The notes below the pieces were generated by a model. The model worked only from the letters and a program-made list of their open reading frames with translations, ran no database searches and had not been told where the DNA came from. Both the position numbers and the translations under genes were made by a program. A DNA stretch of 61,917 bases, filler included, from Dugesia japonica (lineage: Eukaryota), in NCBI GenBank assembly GCA_001938525.1. It is 5 parts of 5 records of this genome, joined end to end, with 100 filler letters (N's around TTAATTAATTAA, not from the genome) between each part and the next. Parts side by side here need not be neighbours in the genome. Positions count along the whole stretch, not along the records: positions 1 to 13,756 come from MQRL01461526.1; positions 13,857 to 24,478 come from MQRL01620853.1; 3 more parts are not named here. One strand, written 5' to 3'. Positions 10,789 to 23,480 of the stretch are shown one piece after another. How positions within the stretch are numbered: the first letter of the stretch is position 1; every line of letters begins with the position of its first letter.

Positions 10789-12210
10789 TCATTTTTCCAA
10801 TGGTCTGGTTGTTTCTTGATTTATTATTGTAGTTGGTATTAGAATTCCCATAGCAGATCTTTGGTTATTCTGTAAACAATTTATTCTCGTATGAACCAGT
10901 TTATTGCATGTATAACACACTGGTGATTTTGTGATGAAGCAATTTTCCGCTTTATGTCCTGGTTTCTGACAATTTGTACATATCATTGCCGATCTGCAAT
11001 CTCTAGCATAATGACCGAGTTTACCACAGTTATAACAGGTACTTCCTTGGGGTTGCTTCCACGCTTCTTGTCTATTTCCTCCAATTGACCTTGAATTATT
11101 ATTTGATTGTCGTGCTGGCGGTCTATTCTGACCTAGTGACAGTCCTCTTAATGATGGTTGAGTTCTGGCAGGTATAAAATCTGCAATTTTTGGTTCACTT
11201 TTCTCTTCCTCTTTTTGCTCTTCAATTTTAAAAATACTGGCTTGTTTTTTATTCATTTCCACTTAATGTGCTACCATCGCCGCGTTTATTGCCATGTCCA
11301 CCGTCGTGGGCTGAGATAAATTTACCCATTTTTTCACTTCCGCATTTCTAAGTCCTTTAATAAAAATACCGAGCACTGTTGGATCATCCAACTTGTCTTT
11401 CATCGCCACTTTGCCGAGTTTATGTAATTCTGTTGCGTATGCCTAATAGGCTTCATCTCTTAGTTGTCTTCGACCCACGAACTCTTGAATTTCTTGTCCT
11501 TGCAACATTAATGGCTTGAAATTTTCTAACAACACTTCTTTAGCTTTTTCCCATGTATCAACGGGATCTTTACGACTATTTATCTTATCCCAGTAGATAG
11601 TTTTAGCTGAATCCTTCAAATATAGAGGTAATCGATCTGCTGTTCTCTTGTCACTCTATTGATACGCTTGTATATGTATACCATAGGCTGCAATAAAATC
11701 ATTCAATTTCTCAGGTTGTCCGTTAAAATAATCTCCATTAAATTCTGTTTTCCACTCCGAAATCCGTTTCGATTTCTGTCCACTTATACTCTTGTCATCA
11801 TCTGACAATTTTGAATTCTCCTCGTTTTCTTTTTCTTTATCTGTGATTGGCATGGTATCGGTATCACTTGATTCCGAAATTAATTCCGAGTATTGACGAA
11901 TTCTACTTGACGCTCTTGTCGTGGGTATACTATCAGTAACTGATTTAGATTTGCTTAAACTTTCCAGATCAATGTCTTCTAAAGAATTGGCTCTTGAGTG
12001 ATTTAGTTCGGTTATGGTATCAAATTTTCCTTGTACGTCGTCGTTAGACGGGAACGAATTAGGTGATTTTGATGCTGGAATTGATAGAGATTGGTCGAAT
12101 TGTCGAGACGGTCTGTTGTATGAGACCGATCGCTTTACTTTAGCTGGAGTGTGTTTTTTAATTACAAACGATCTTCTATGTTCAGTACTTTCTTTAAAAT
12201 TGTATCAGGA
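10789..12210 (-). pseudogene. gag: Gag: capsid domain plus three CCHC zinc knuckles
   Basis: Reading through stops gives FNGQPEKLNDFIAAY...LPLYLKDSAKTIY...TWEKAKEVLLENF...AYATELHKLG...IFIKGL. Knuckles CYNCGKLGHYARDC, CTNCQKPGHKAENC and CYTCNKLVHTRINC lie at 11037-10876. The 5' limit is approximate. Confidence 0.9.
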
Positions 12211-12820
12211 TCCTTGATTATCTATGATTGTTTATTTGGTTGATTTGCAGATTGATTGGTTTATCTAGAATTTTGAAATATTGGAATGTGGATTGTTTTG
12301 GTTTCTGCAATTAAATAATATGGCCCTTCGGCTTCTGCGCGCATTCAAATATTATTATCGCATTTATTAATTGACTACTTTTAACTACTTTTAACTACCG
12401 ATTGATACTCCTAATTACCAATTACTACACTACGATAAATTATCATACGTTATTTCTATTACTTTAGCAGAACATTTTCGTAATTTACTTCTATCACTCA
12501 TTCATTTATTATACATAAGCAGCAAGTTTTTTTGACTATGTCATTAGCATCTTCCGTTAAAATAATACTGTCAATAATTACTGGTCTGCAAATATTTAAG
12601 ATCGAACATCATTGATTTCAACTAACAATCATATAATTTAGCAGCCTAAAGTACATTTATACTTAACTGTCTCGTGATCATTAACCCATCGCTAACAAAG
12701 GTTCTCCAGATGTGCCTTCATAACATTACCCTATTAATTCATTTTGTTTCCTTACCATTGATTCCTCCGTTGAGCTCTCTTTACTTATTAATACATTTTA
12801 ATCACTGTTCCTAAAACATT

Positions 12821-13045
12821 TCCACCTGTTCCTGGCAATTTGTTTTCCGGACAAATTTCCATATTAATCAATACTTCATTTATCTCCATTTCGTTTCCCA
12901 TATTAGAAAAATCTGGCTTGTTCCTGGCAATTTATCTCCCAAATAACTTTTATGCTAATTGACAATCAATTTATTTTGACTCCATAGCTCACGTTGGGAC
13001 AAATCCACCTGCCCCTGGTAGTTTATCCTCCGGAACAAATTACCA
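12821..13045. repeat. Three imperfect repeats in the element's 5' leader, period about 91-92 nt
   Basis: TCCACCTGTTCCTGGCAATTTG, GGCTTGTTCCTGGCAATTTATC and TCCACCTGCCCCTGGTAGTTTATC, with CCTGG cores at 12831, 12923 and 13014. Confidence 0.7.
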
Positions 13046-13291
13046 GTAATTAACTCACTACTCCAATATTTGCTTCAATATTTAATTCGGTCACCATTTT
13101 TCCTCCAAATAAATTTCAACCTTTTCCACCCTAGTTTTTTTGCTTTGAACTCTCTCCGATGCAGCCGGTAGTCTATTTTTTCAGCTCCAGCTGGGCGACA
13201 ATTTCGATCCTCAATTAACAATAATACCTTGATATCTCAATGCTTGAGTCAGTTGACAGTCTATTTTAATTAAGCTTCAACCGCTCGCTAA

Positions 13292-13756
13292 TGTGAAGGT
13301 TCTCAGTCAGAATCCCATGATCCAGCTGATGTGTAACTACGACGCTACCCGCGATNGCATTACCAAAATAATTTTCCAAAAATAAACTACACTACTGATG
13401 CCACACTTGGGGCTAACTATTGTAGCATCTCGTCAACACTGAGTCCTCTGATCGCAAGATACCATGGACAATTTGCGGCCTTGTCCTGCAAATCTTAAAC
13501 TCTAAAATCTTAAACTCTGTAGAGCTACGGGTAGTTAGCTGTAGGGAATGAATGTCAAGGCGCACTCACGCCAACCGAAAGCCATGAGTGGTCAGCTTAA
13601 TAGATGCGATGCTCGTTGCCGGCTCCTTCGTTTAGTTCCCTGGAATTCCTGAGTTTATCTCGCCTGGACTAAACTCTATTCGCCCGGCGTGGAAGTCAGA
13701 CAAAGTATCCAACTTCCGAGATCGGTACTCCTTATCCGAAGCGTCGAAGCTCGAAG
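13292..13756 (-). repeat. Putative partial 5' LTR with possible degenerate PBS at about 13275-13290
   Basis: GC-richer non-coding block upstream of gag. The minus strand reads ...CCTTCACA-T-TAGCGAGCGG, which is TGGCGAG-like. No second LTR is in the window to confirm. Confidence 0.3.
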
Positions 13757-13856
13757 NNNNNNNNNNNNNNNNNNNNNNNNNNNNNNNNNNNNNNNNNNNN
13801 TTAATTAATTAANNNNNNNNNNNNNNNNNNNNNNNNNNNNNNNNNNNNNNNNNNNN
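13757..13856. other. Artificial contig-joining spacer (also at 24479-24578, 36527-36626, 48010-48109)
   Basis: Identical N44-TTAATTAATTAA-N44 structure occurs four times; the core has stops in all six frames. Confidence 0.95.
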
Positions 13857-13878
13857 GAATATCTCAAGAAGCCAACAT

Positions 13879-13912
13879 GTTCCTGAAGAAGACTATTGTC
13901 GAAAATTTGAAC
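13879..13912 (+). ncRNA. Minimal type I hammerhead ribozyme motif (Penelope-like pLTR)
   Basis: GTTC-CTGAAGA-A-GAC-TATT-GTC-GAAA-ATTT-GAAC: stem I GTTC/GAAC, stem II GAC/GTC, palindromic AAATTT stem III. Confidence 0.7.
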
Positions 13913-14179
13913 TTTTTTACAAATAAATATAGTAAAATTGTTTAGTTATTTTATTATTTGCATTATTTGTTGTTAGCCCCGCCCATGGGGTTGGAGAAAT
14001 TGATTGTCTCAAGCTTCGTAGCTAACTTTGACTGGGTCTGAGTGTTCGCTCTTATTAAGATATACGAATCGCTTTTAAGCATCCACTACCATCTCGCCTC
14101 ATTGGTAAGTAAGATTTGCTTCAACTATGAACTTTTGTATGGTAGTCACATTTAAGTCTTTTTTGAGTCAACCGTGATA

Positions 14180-14410
14180 ATTCCTTCAAGTCGAACACAA
14201 CATTTCGTTGGCAAATGACAATTTTATCAACAATAACATTTCATCTGGATCGACAGTAATATATCTGAATAACCAATAACATTTCATTTAAGTCGTCAAT
14301 AACATTTTTTTTTGGAAATAACATTTGAATCGATGATTATATTTCATTGAGTCAACAATAACATGTAAATATTGTTTGAATAATCACTAACATTTCGTTT
14401 AAGTCGATCG
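14180..14410. repeat. Degenerate minisatellite, unit about 22-23 nt (CAATAACATTTCATTTAAGTCG-like)
   Basis: AATAACATTTC and AAGTCG/GAATCG motifs recur. Confidence 0.55.
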
Positions 14411-17400
14411 GAAACAAGGAAAACTAAATTTTAGGATTAAATAATTTAGGATTATTCAAACTTAACAGTTCAAGAAAATATTTAACTTTATCATTCAATG
14501 ATCAATGATTAAAATTTTTAAAACATTGAATAATTACCAAAAAAATAACTCTCACAATAAACAAAGATTTTTTACTAATAATTCAAATTTTCATGGAAAT
14601 CTGGGTGAACAGCCCAAATTTTTACAAAAGTTTCAAGATACTATCTCAATATACAAATGGCGACCTAAAATGAAATTACAGGCGATGATTGTTTGACTGA
14701 ATCAATATATTTTTTGATTTAAAATATAAATAAATGTGTGTGGTAAATTGAGGAGCAAATAAAGCTTATGCTCGACTTTTATGCTCAGATTTCCAAAACT
14801 TTTTATACCAATCTGTTGAGAATTTCACGGGTTTTTTCTATTCAATAGAGAATTTTATGCTGAGTAATAATAACACGAGTAAAAATCGCTAAGTCATATT
14901 CTTGAGGAAATAAATGGAAATAACAATAAAAAACAAACAACTTCAATTTCTGTTTAAGGTTAATTTTTACTATAAAATTCATTTAAGTTATCATTTTTAG
15001 TAATTAATATTTTACAGTAGATAGATAGATCATAAATTACTAAACCAATTTGTCGACAGGTTATGTGGTTTAGTGCGCCATTATTTACCTACTTTTGACA
15101 ATTATTTTTATCATATTCATTTCGATCTTTAGATACAAATTTTTTATTATCATTTCTTTTTTACTTTTGTACCATATCGTTATATAGCTTTCTCTAAACT
15201 TGATTATGAGGGAGGGTGATTTTCCAAACTTTTTCTTGGTTCGTTGTTGGCTTGCATCTTATAATTAGAGTGAACTGTTTTCCATTCTTATTCTTTTGCT
15301 ACTTGTAAATTATGTTTGGATTCCATCTGAGATGATGTTAGAAACGTGTGGCTGGGAAAAAAATCAGCCTTCGTGGACCCCGTGAAGAATTTAACTTTAT
15401 GTCCCTGGTTAGTTTTTCGGTGCGGAGACGCTGACTCTCAACCCGTAGTTAGAGTTCAGACTTGCACACCTTTGTTTTGGGTTCAAAAATTTCCCNNNNN
15501 NNNNNNNNNNNNNNNNNNNNNNNNNNNNNNNNNNNNNNNNNNNNNTTAACTAATTATGAATAAGATAGAAAATAATTAGGCAAAAGGAATATTTATTTAT
15601 TCAACATCAAAAATTTCAAGATCCTACCATTGTACAGGCACGTTGTTCGTAAAATCGAACGCGACCTCGTCATTGTCACTATTTCAGGGTGTCCACGCTT
15701 CAGTATCGTGACGAGCGGTTAGATCCGCGATGTATTGAGTCAAGAAATTGATCTTATTAAAGAGGCGATTAGCAGTTTTATTGGCGATCTCCAATTGCTT
15801 TTTCGATACTACTTCGAGCTTCTTGATTAATCGGTTCTTTTGAAAAATTTGACGGAACAAGGTCTGTTTACATTGTTTCGCGTAATGACATTCTTTAATA
15901 AATTTCTGTAACAATTTATGGCAGCGCCAAATGTTGATGTGAAGGCGAACTCATGGCACTGGATTATAAGATAGTTAATGAAGAATTAGAACTTTAAACA
16001 GTATATAAATTAAACAGAATAAAATAACACCGAAAATTATATTCATATTAAAGCATTAGAGTTACGGATCTGAGTGACCTTGTCTATCAAAAAAGGTTCC
16101 GTTTTCAGCACGCGTTTTTGCATATTTACTAAATTGGTTACCAGTTTATTTTCTCAGGCATGGAGGGACCGGATAACCTCGGTGAAGGACTCCAGTTGCA
16201 GCTTCCATGCTCGTTCCTGAGTAACCTCAAGTATATAATTTTGACACTTTTGTTTGAAACGGTGGTTTTCAGCTTTTTGGCCGCCAAATGGGCCTCCCGA
16301 TTACGCTTCACTAAGCGATAGAGGTCTCACGTCATTTCCGTGTCTTCAGTGGTGTCTCGCAGTTTATTGTTTGGAGAAACGGNTTGAAAGCGAGAAGTTT
16401 GCTCTAAAAAGTTAACTATAAATACTTCCAAACACCAACTTGTTCAGATATAGACCTAAACTTGACACGTAAATGAAATCGAACTAACACCTTTATTGTC
16501 ATGCGTCATTATCCCACGATAGTTATAATATGGGCAAAACAACTTGTTAAGGAAGAAGAAATAAAACAAACTCAAATTGACACTTAATTTTTATTTAACA
16601 AGAAAAACAATCACTAGTAATTTCCCAGATAATCGTCCAGATCAGGTGAGGAAAATGGAGACGGACTGAGTTCAACTCTCTGACCACGATCGGGCCAATG
16701 ATGATACAACCAGCGTTTAGCGGTATCGAGGCGGTGCTGCATGTTTGCTTACAATGGAGGCACTTTTGATCTGTCCGTTAAAATACCTGCATCTTGATTA
16801 AAATGGTTTTTCACCTAACGGAAATCATTCAAGTATCAATCGCCAGCCATTTTCTGTCACTATAAAGAAGATTAACTAATTATTCATAGATGTAATGGAA
16901 AAATCTTTGAATGTAAAACAAACAATAAAATGGCACGCAACTCGATAACGAAATAGATTTATTATGGCTAATTACATTTCATGCAATAAAAGAAACCATT
17001 TAGTGTTCATTAATATATGATTTTAAAGTTAACATCTCGGCAAAGCATGTCAGATCTGTTTCATCCGGATGTTAGTAAATTGGCAATCAACTGCCGTCAT
17101 TGCGCAGCCTTCCTTTTACGGCGGATCAACTACAACGTGGCATATAGAACCTTGAGCATAATTCTAGAAGGAAAATATGAAACAAATATTAACTGGGAAT
17201 GTTGACTATGTGGTTGAGAAATGGCTTCGAGAGTCCCTAACTTAATGATAAAGTTAATGGTAAACAATAATCGTTGGAACCCTCATCAAAAATGTGACTA
17301 AAACTATCAATGGGTCATAAATATAATAACAATAATAATAATAACCTTAGTAAACATAATAAGAAGCTTAGTATTAATGTAACACAATAACGATAATAAA

Positions 17401-19691
17401 CATGACAACAATATTATTAGTGACAATAATAATGTAATTAACAACCAGGTTAATAATAACAATGTTAGTAATCATTATGTTAACAATAATGATATTTTAA
17501 ATACTAAAGAAGACAATAATATTAATAGGAATGACAATAATAATGATACCATAATAATAATAATTTTAATAATTATAATAATGTTAAGAATAATAATAAT
17601 AATATGGATATAACAAAAGGGATAATAATAATATTCATGATTAACACTAATCAAAGGAATTCCATTGATTTTCCCTCTATTGCTATTAATAATTGGTAGA
17701 CTTATCATCACTATAAATCAATGGTACCAGTTTTACCCGTCTCGTACTGTGTAAGCAATTCTGATTCTTAAGTATCAAGTCAGCATCTCGATGAGAATTG
17801 TTTAATTATTTACTTACGTTGTAAGGGGGCTCGACATTGAATATTAACTTAATAATAGTGACGATGGGAACCGAGATATAGTTTGACTGTAATTAACGTT
17901 AACACCCGCGGTGCCGATGAACCTAATTTTACTATTAATGGTAAAATATCACAACAATATAGTGTACAATTAATCCGGGCAAGTTACTCAGCAAGATCCA
18001 CACATTGCTTAATAAGGCGTTAATATCTAAATCTGGGATTCATAAAGAAAAAACAAATCAAGTGTTATCTATCGACGATTACTTTGGAAAACGACTGGGT
18101 TATTGCCATTCCTAATGACTCAAACAACAACAAATCAACACATCACATCTGGTGCCAATTCATTAGTGCCATTACTGAGTTCGCTCTAATACAAAGAAAC
18201 CATGCAATTATCGGCGGGTAATTCTTATTGTACATAGTCGTTGTGGCGGCGTGTGTAGTGAGAACTAGGATGTGCAACTCTGTTATAAACTTGCATGTGG
18301 ATCTATGAGCATCAATTAGATTGTAGCATGTTTTGCATCGGCAGAGATATGTGTGTGCTAATAACCGATATTTTATTATTCCACTGTTACAGGATCGGGC
18401 AGAAATTAGTCGAGTTATATGCATGACAGAGGAAGTATTGCTTAGGATGATTAGTGTTGAGACATTTACAGAGAAAAACGACAAAATTCTCTTCACCTTA
18501 ACTCATAATGGTGATAGATTAATTCATGGAGTTTATTACAAGTGAGTGGGATTGCTTATGTGATTTTAGTATCGAGGGATCGGCAGATTTTGTTTGATAT
18601 ATAACAACTGATTGAAACGAATTCTGAAATTTATGTTATAGTTGTTTAAAGTAAATAAAAAACGGCATAAGACATTATGAATCATGACATTGTATTTTAA
18701 ACATTTAATATTAAAATAAAGCAACAATGATTACTTGTTTATGATTGAGAGAATCTGCAACAGTAATTATTTTNNNNNNNNNNNNNNNNNNNNNNNNNNN
18801 NNNNNNNNNNNNNNNNNNNNNNNATTTAAATTGGGGGTAATTTCAACTGAAATCCGGGGGCTTTTATGGTTTTTCTCGCATCCCATTTTTCTTATTGGAT
18901 CTTTATTTTTAGAATTTCTCTATGATTTACCACTGGTTCCATGGCCAGATTTTCAGACTTTTCTACTTTTTTCTTTGTCTTCTATTGGTGCCTAATTTTA
19001 GGTGCCATATGATTTTCTTGTCTTTATCGTTTGCTTTTTCTATGGCTTCTTATTGGCTCATCCTTTATGGACCTTTGTAAAGTTCTTTTGAAGGTGCAAG
19101 TTTTTTACTTTTAACAAAAATGGACTCCTTGTATCGCAGGCTATTCAGATTTTCTATTTCCGTTTTTTTGGATGGCTTCTGTGCAAAATTACTTACCTTT
19201 TTCCGATTTTCACCTCAATAAACATTCTTTCTTGTAATTACTAATTAATTTTTTCTTTATTATTTCTTCAATTTATTTTCTTGATTTTTTAATTAAATTA
19301 GTTATAATTTCTAATGTTTCTTGATGAACTAAGATTAATTANAGTTCTTGTTACTACTTTGATTAGTTCCATATTATTTTCTTCTAATTCTTTTTGCCTA
19401 TTCTTAATAATTTAATTGTAATCATTTTTCTTCTTCTTTACTATTAATTTATTGTTTGCTTAGTTGTTGAGAATCTCCTTGAATTATTTTCCTGATTTTT
19501 ATCTTTTGACTGATTCCTTTTCTTGACTTGGTTTCCTATTTCCTTTATTTTTGATAATCGGGTATTTCATCCCAAAAATTATATGGTAATTGCCTTGTGT
19601 GTTCCCAATCTCTCTGATTTTTATATTTTTCATTATTATTTTGGGTGGGATTATTAACTATTATTTTTGTTGGTTTCTGTCACAAAAAAAC

Positions 19692-19710
19692 AATAATAAT
19701 AATAATAATA

Positions 19711-19762
<52 letters not shown>

Positions 19763-19812
19763 NNNNNNNNNNNNNNNNNNNNNNNNNNNNNNNNNNNNNN
19801 NNNNNNNNNNNN

Positions 19813-19875
<63 letters not shown>

Positions 19876-19876
19876 T
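19692..19876. repeat. (AAT)n microsatellite; others at 24579-24613, 41660-41790, 45202-45340, 52102-52279, 61855-61917
   Basis: Directly visible. Confidence 0.95.
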
Positions 19877-20194
19877 GAGGAAATGTGTGAATATTTTAAG
19901 TATTTTATTAATTCATTTTTAATTATTGAGCTTTTAAGATTTTGTTTGAATATTGATACTGTGTAATTGTTTAAAAAATCAGACTGTAAAATTTTGTTTG
20001 TAATTTATTTGAAGAACATTGGAAGTTTGTACATTGTACTAAAGATTTGATTTATGTAAGCTTTTCTGAATTGTGCATTAATTGTTTTATTTTNNNNNNN
20101 NNNNNNNNNNNNNNNNNNNNNNNNNNNNNNNNNNNNNNNNNNNNNNNNNNNNNNNNNNNNNNNNNNNNNNNNNNNNNNNNNNNNNNNNNNNNNN

Positions 20195-20830
20195 AATGAA
20201 AATTATCAGATGGAATAGGATCAGGACAGCGTTTTCCACAAAGCAGGGACAATATTTTGTTTTAATCGGATGCCGTTTGTAATAGTGGCAGCTTCTGGAA
20301 CTTCTCCGGAGATGATGGTGGATGTAATAAAAGGAGTACAAGGAGTCATTGTATACCTGGATGACATATTGGTGTTTTCGAAATTGATGGAGAAACATTA
20401 TGAGATTATAGCAAAAATTTTAGACAGAATTCTAGAAACAGGTCTGAGAATCAATTCGTAAAAGTGCTCTTTCATGAAACGAGAAATAAAATTTTATAAT
20501 TACAATTATTGTGAGAATAATTGTTGGACTTAACCATTGATGCCATTTGAGATTTCATTAAAATAAAGAAAAAGCTTCGATCAAAATAAAATGTATTAAT
20601 AAAAAAGTTCAAATTTCAAATAGTCTTCTTCAGAAACATATAAAATGAAGAGATAAAATGTTTAGGTCACATAATAAGTGAAAGAGGTATTCAAACAGAT
20701 CCAGTAAAAGTAGAAGCAATTAAATCTTTTGGAGAGCCAAAATGTGTGAAGAAACTACGTAGTTTCCTTGGTATATGCAACTACTATAGGAAGTTTATTA
20801 AAGATTATACGATAAAGGCTAGAAAACTGG
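20195..20830 (+). pseudogene. Gypsy RT fragment interrupted by a short insertion
   Basis: TAFSTKQGQY, MPF, VYLDDILVFS, LGHIIS, LRSFLGICNYYRKFI. Confidence 0.85.
20494..20641 (-). mobile_element. Short Penelope-like repeat with degenerate hammerhead (20607-20637)
   Basis: Homologous to 26963-27061, 57905-58113 and 13860-13930; splits the RT frame. Confidence 0.65.
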
Positions 20831-23480
20831 TATTGATAAGGGTTTATCTAAGCTTTCATAGGGTTTTATAATGTTTTTATAATATTTAAGTAAGTTTCAC
20901 AGGGTTTCTCTTGGAATTAATATGATTTGATAGGGTTTAAGGAAACTCAGTAAAGTTTTAATAATTTTGAATATGGTTTTCAAAAGGTTTATTAAGTTTG
21001 ATTTCAAATGATTTATACTTTTGCTAAGTCTTTTATAAATTGAATAAGATTCAATAAAGTGTATAAGGCTTATATAGTTTTATAGGAAGTTTTTGGAATT
21101 TGATAGGGTATTATATGAATTTGAAATGTCTGATTTAGTTTTATACGTTTTTATAAGATTTCCATACAATTTTTATACTACTTTATAAAGACTATCAGAT
21201 TGGATAAAGGTCTAGAAGATTTTAAATAGTTTTAATAGTCTTTTACAAGGTTTCTTTAAGTCTAGATAACATTGATATAGAATGGGTAGGATTTTACAAG
21301 GTTTATATATAATTTCTAAAAGCTATGTTTAATGTGTTATATGCGCTATGATGTTTGGTAAGGTTCACGAAGGTTTTATAGAGATTTAATATGGTTATAA
21401 CCANACTTTGAGAAATTATGAACTAATTTCTTATGCAAAGACACATACATTTCTAAGGTAATACATTAATGTCAATAAGCCATATACATAAGTAAATAAT
21501 AATTTTATATTGTAACAAAAGGTTTATATAATTTCTAACAAAATATGTACTATTTTCATATGTATACACTAATTTTATCAGTATTCAGTTGTTAATACAT
21601 ACAAACGTCATTAAATCATGTGTATACATAATTTCATACAAATATAAACTCGGTTTACATTATAAATATACAACAACTTATGAAAAATTATAGAAATTTA
21701 TCGTTTTCATCAAAATATATAGAAAAGTATCATATAAATATAACCAAATGATATACAAAAAATAGTCTTATTTGATGACTATTGTACAAATTATATTATA
21801 ATAAATCTATTCTTCTTAAACATTTTATACACAAATTTTATTAATCATACATATACACAAACCTTAAGAGGATTAATAAAACACAACAACTTCATACAAA
21901 ATATGTACTATTTCGCGAGTAAACAGTGACTTCATTATTTTATATACAAATTTTAATAAGTGATATACTACTTTCATTAAACCATATATAAATCTTAAAA
22001 AGTTTACATTAACATATATATTAGTTTCATTATAGTTTATACATACTTCATACAATTATACATAAACTCTAATAGGATTACTAAAACACAGCAACTTCAT
22101 TCAAAAAAAAGTACTGATTTCATTAAGTTGTGAAAAAGTCTACATAAATATTATATGTAATTTATCCATTTCATAGAAACATCTACAATAATTTCATACA
22201 AATATACTGAACTTCGAGAAAATATGAACTAATTTCATTATCAGATTTAAAATTAAGCGAAAAATATATACAATTTTTATAACATAAATTTTCATTAATA
22301 TACGTTATCGTTGTTAAATTACATATAAAATTAATAAATCATATACAAACTTTATTAAATTTTAGAAATATACACATTCCATTAAAATATGCAGCAACNN
22401 NNNNNNNNNNNNNNNNNNNNNNNNNNNNNNNNNNNNNNNNNNNNNNNNNNNNNNNNNNNNNNNNNNNNNNNNNNNNNNNNNNNNNNNNNNNNNNNNNNNN
22501 NNNNNNNNTATTTCATAATCACACAACAAATTTTATAAGAATATATACCTGCGTCTTACTTGCTTTATATACAAAACTTTAAAAATTATACTAATCCTAC
22601 AAAATTTGTACTATATTCATGAATATTCAATAATTCCATTTGGATAGATACAAAGTTCAATAATTTACACACAAAGTTCATCAGAATATATGCATAGTTC
22701 ATATAATTATACACAACCTCCAATAGGTTTACTAAAACATGAGTACTTTATACTAAAATATGTAATGATTTCATTAAGTTTTATTCAAATATGCATAAAT
22801 ATTATAATGTGTGACTTGAGTTCTTTATTTTGTTTACATCTGTATCGTAATGGTATTGTATGGATGATTAATCATGTATGTATTACATACAGTTGGGTGA
22901 TTTCATACAAATATAGCCAAATTTCAATATAAAATACATCAATGGATCATACTTAAATAAGTTGCATACATGATTTCACACACCAGATTTTATCCAAACG
23001 TCATTATATAAAATATACAATAATTGTTTTGAGAATTATGCATAATTATATAAGTAATATACACTATTTCTCAAAGATATACACTAAGTTTTGATTTTAA
23101 AGTCTGACTGTAAGCAACTTAATCCAATAAAATATATACTATTTTCATTTACAAATATAATTTCATTAACAATTTCATACACATTGTCCATCAATTTATC
23201 TAAAACATAAACAAATTCCATCAAACATATAAAGATTTCATTATTACATGAGAATTTTCATCACATCATATGCAATTATCAATAAAATATACATTAATAC
23301 TTATATAAAATAATTTTATAATATATTTACAAATTTCTTTAAGACATAAAAGTTTAATATATTTACATAAAACCTCAATATACAAATATTTTTTAAAGAT
23401 ATTTTGATCGAATTTAAAAACGTTTCCCGCCTAAAAATTATAAAAAAAATTTTCATCACGAAAAACATAACATTTTCTAT
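20830..23480. repeat. Degenerate AT-rich low-complexity or satellite-like tract
   Basis: Recurrent AAGGTTTTATA-like motifs, then AATTTCATACAAA-like motifs; no coding signal. Confidence 0.5.

Larger units (their letters stand above)
1..13756 (-). mobile_element. Large Ty3/Gypsy LTR retrotransposon with internal env and accessory region; degenerate, 3' part runs off the window
   Basis: Co-oriented Gag (CA, CCHC), PR, RT (YIDD), RNase H and IN (HHCC, DDE, GPY) in Gypsy order. About 6.5 kb of extra coding sequence lies between Gag and PR. Many nonsense and frameshift lesions. Confidence 0.9.

Noticed and set aside
167-12217. Plus-strand ORFs over the large element
   Set aside because: Antisense shadows of the minus-strand polyprotein with no motifs.
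13389-13403. Alternative PBS candidate TGGCATCAGTAGTG
   Set aside because: Several mismatches to tRNA-Leu/Met PBS and no canonical LTR end; cannot choose without a second LTR.
13801-13812. TTAATTAATTAA palindrome recurring four times
   Set aside because: Always centred in a 100-nt N spacer, so it is an assembly linker. Adjacency across it is unreliable.
14180-14410. Short spaced repeats resembling a CRISPR array
   Set aside because: Degenerate tandem units without unique spacers, eukaryotic context and no cas genes.
15921-15936. TGGCGCTGC PBS-like motif next to ...AACA on the minus strand
   Set aside because: No gag downstream and no partner LTR.
18830-19620. A-rich minus-strand tract with KAPG, possible LINE relic
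   Set aside because: A single short motif with no further RT or endonuclease motifs.
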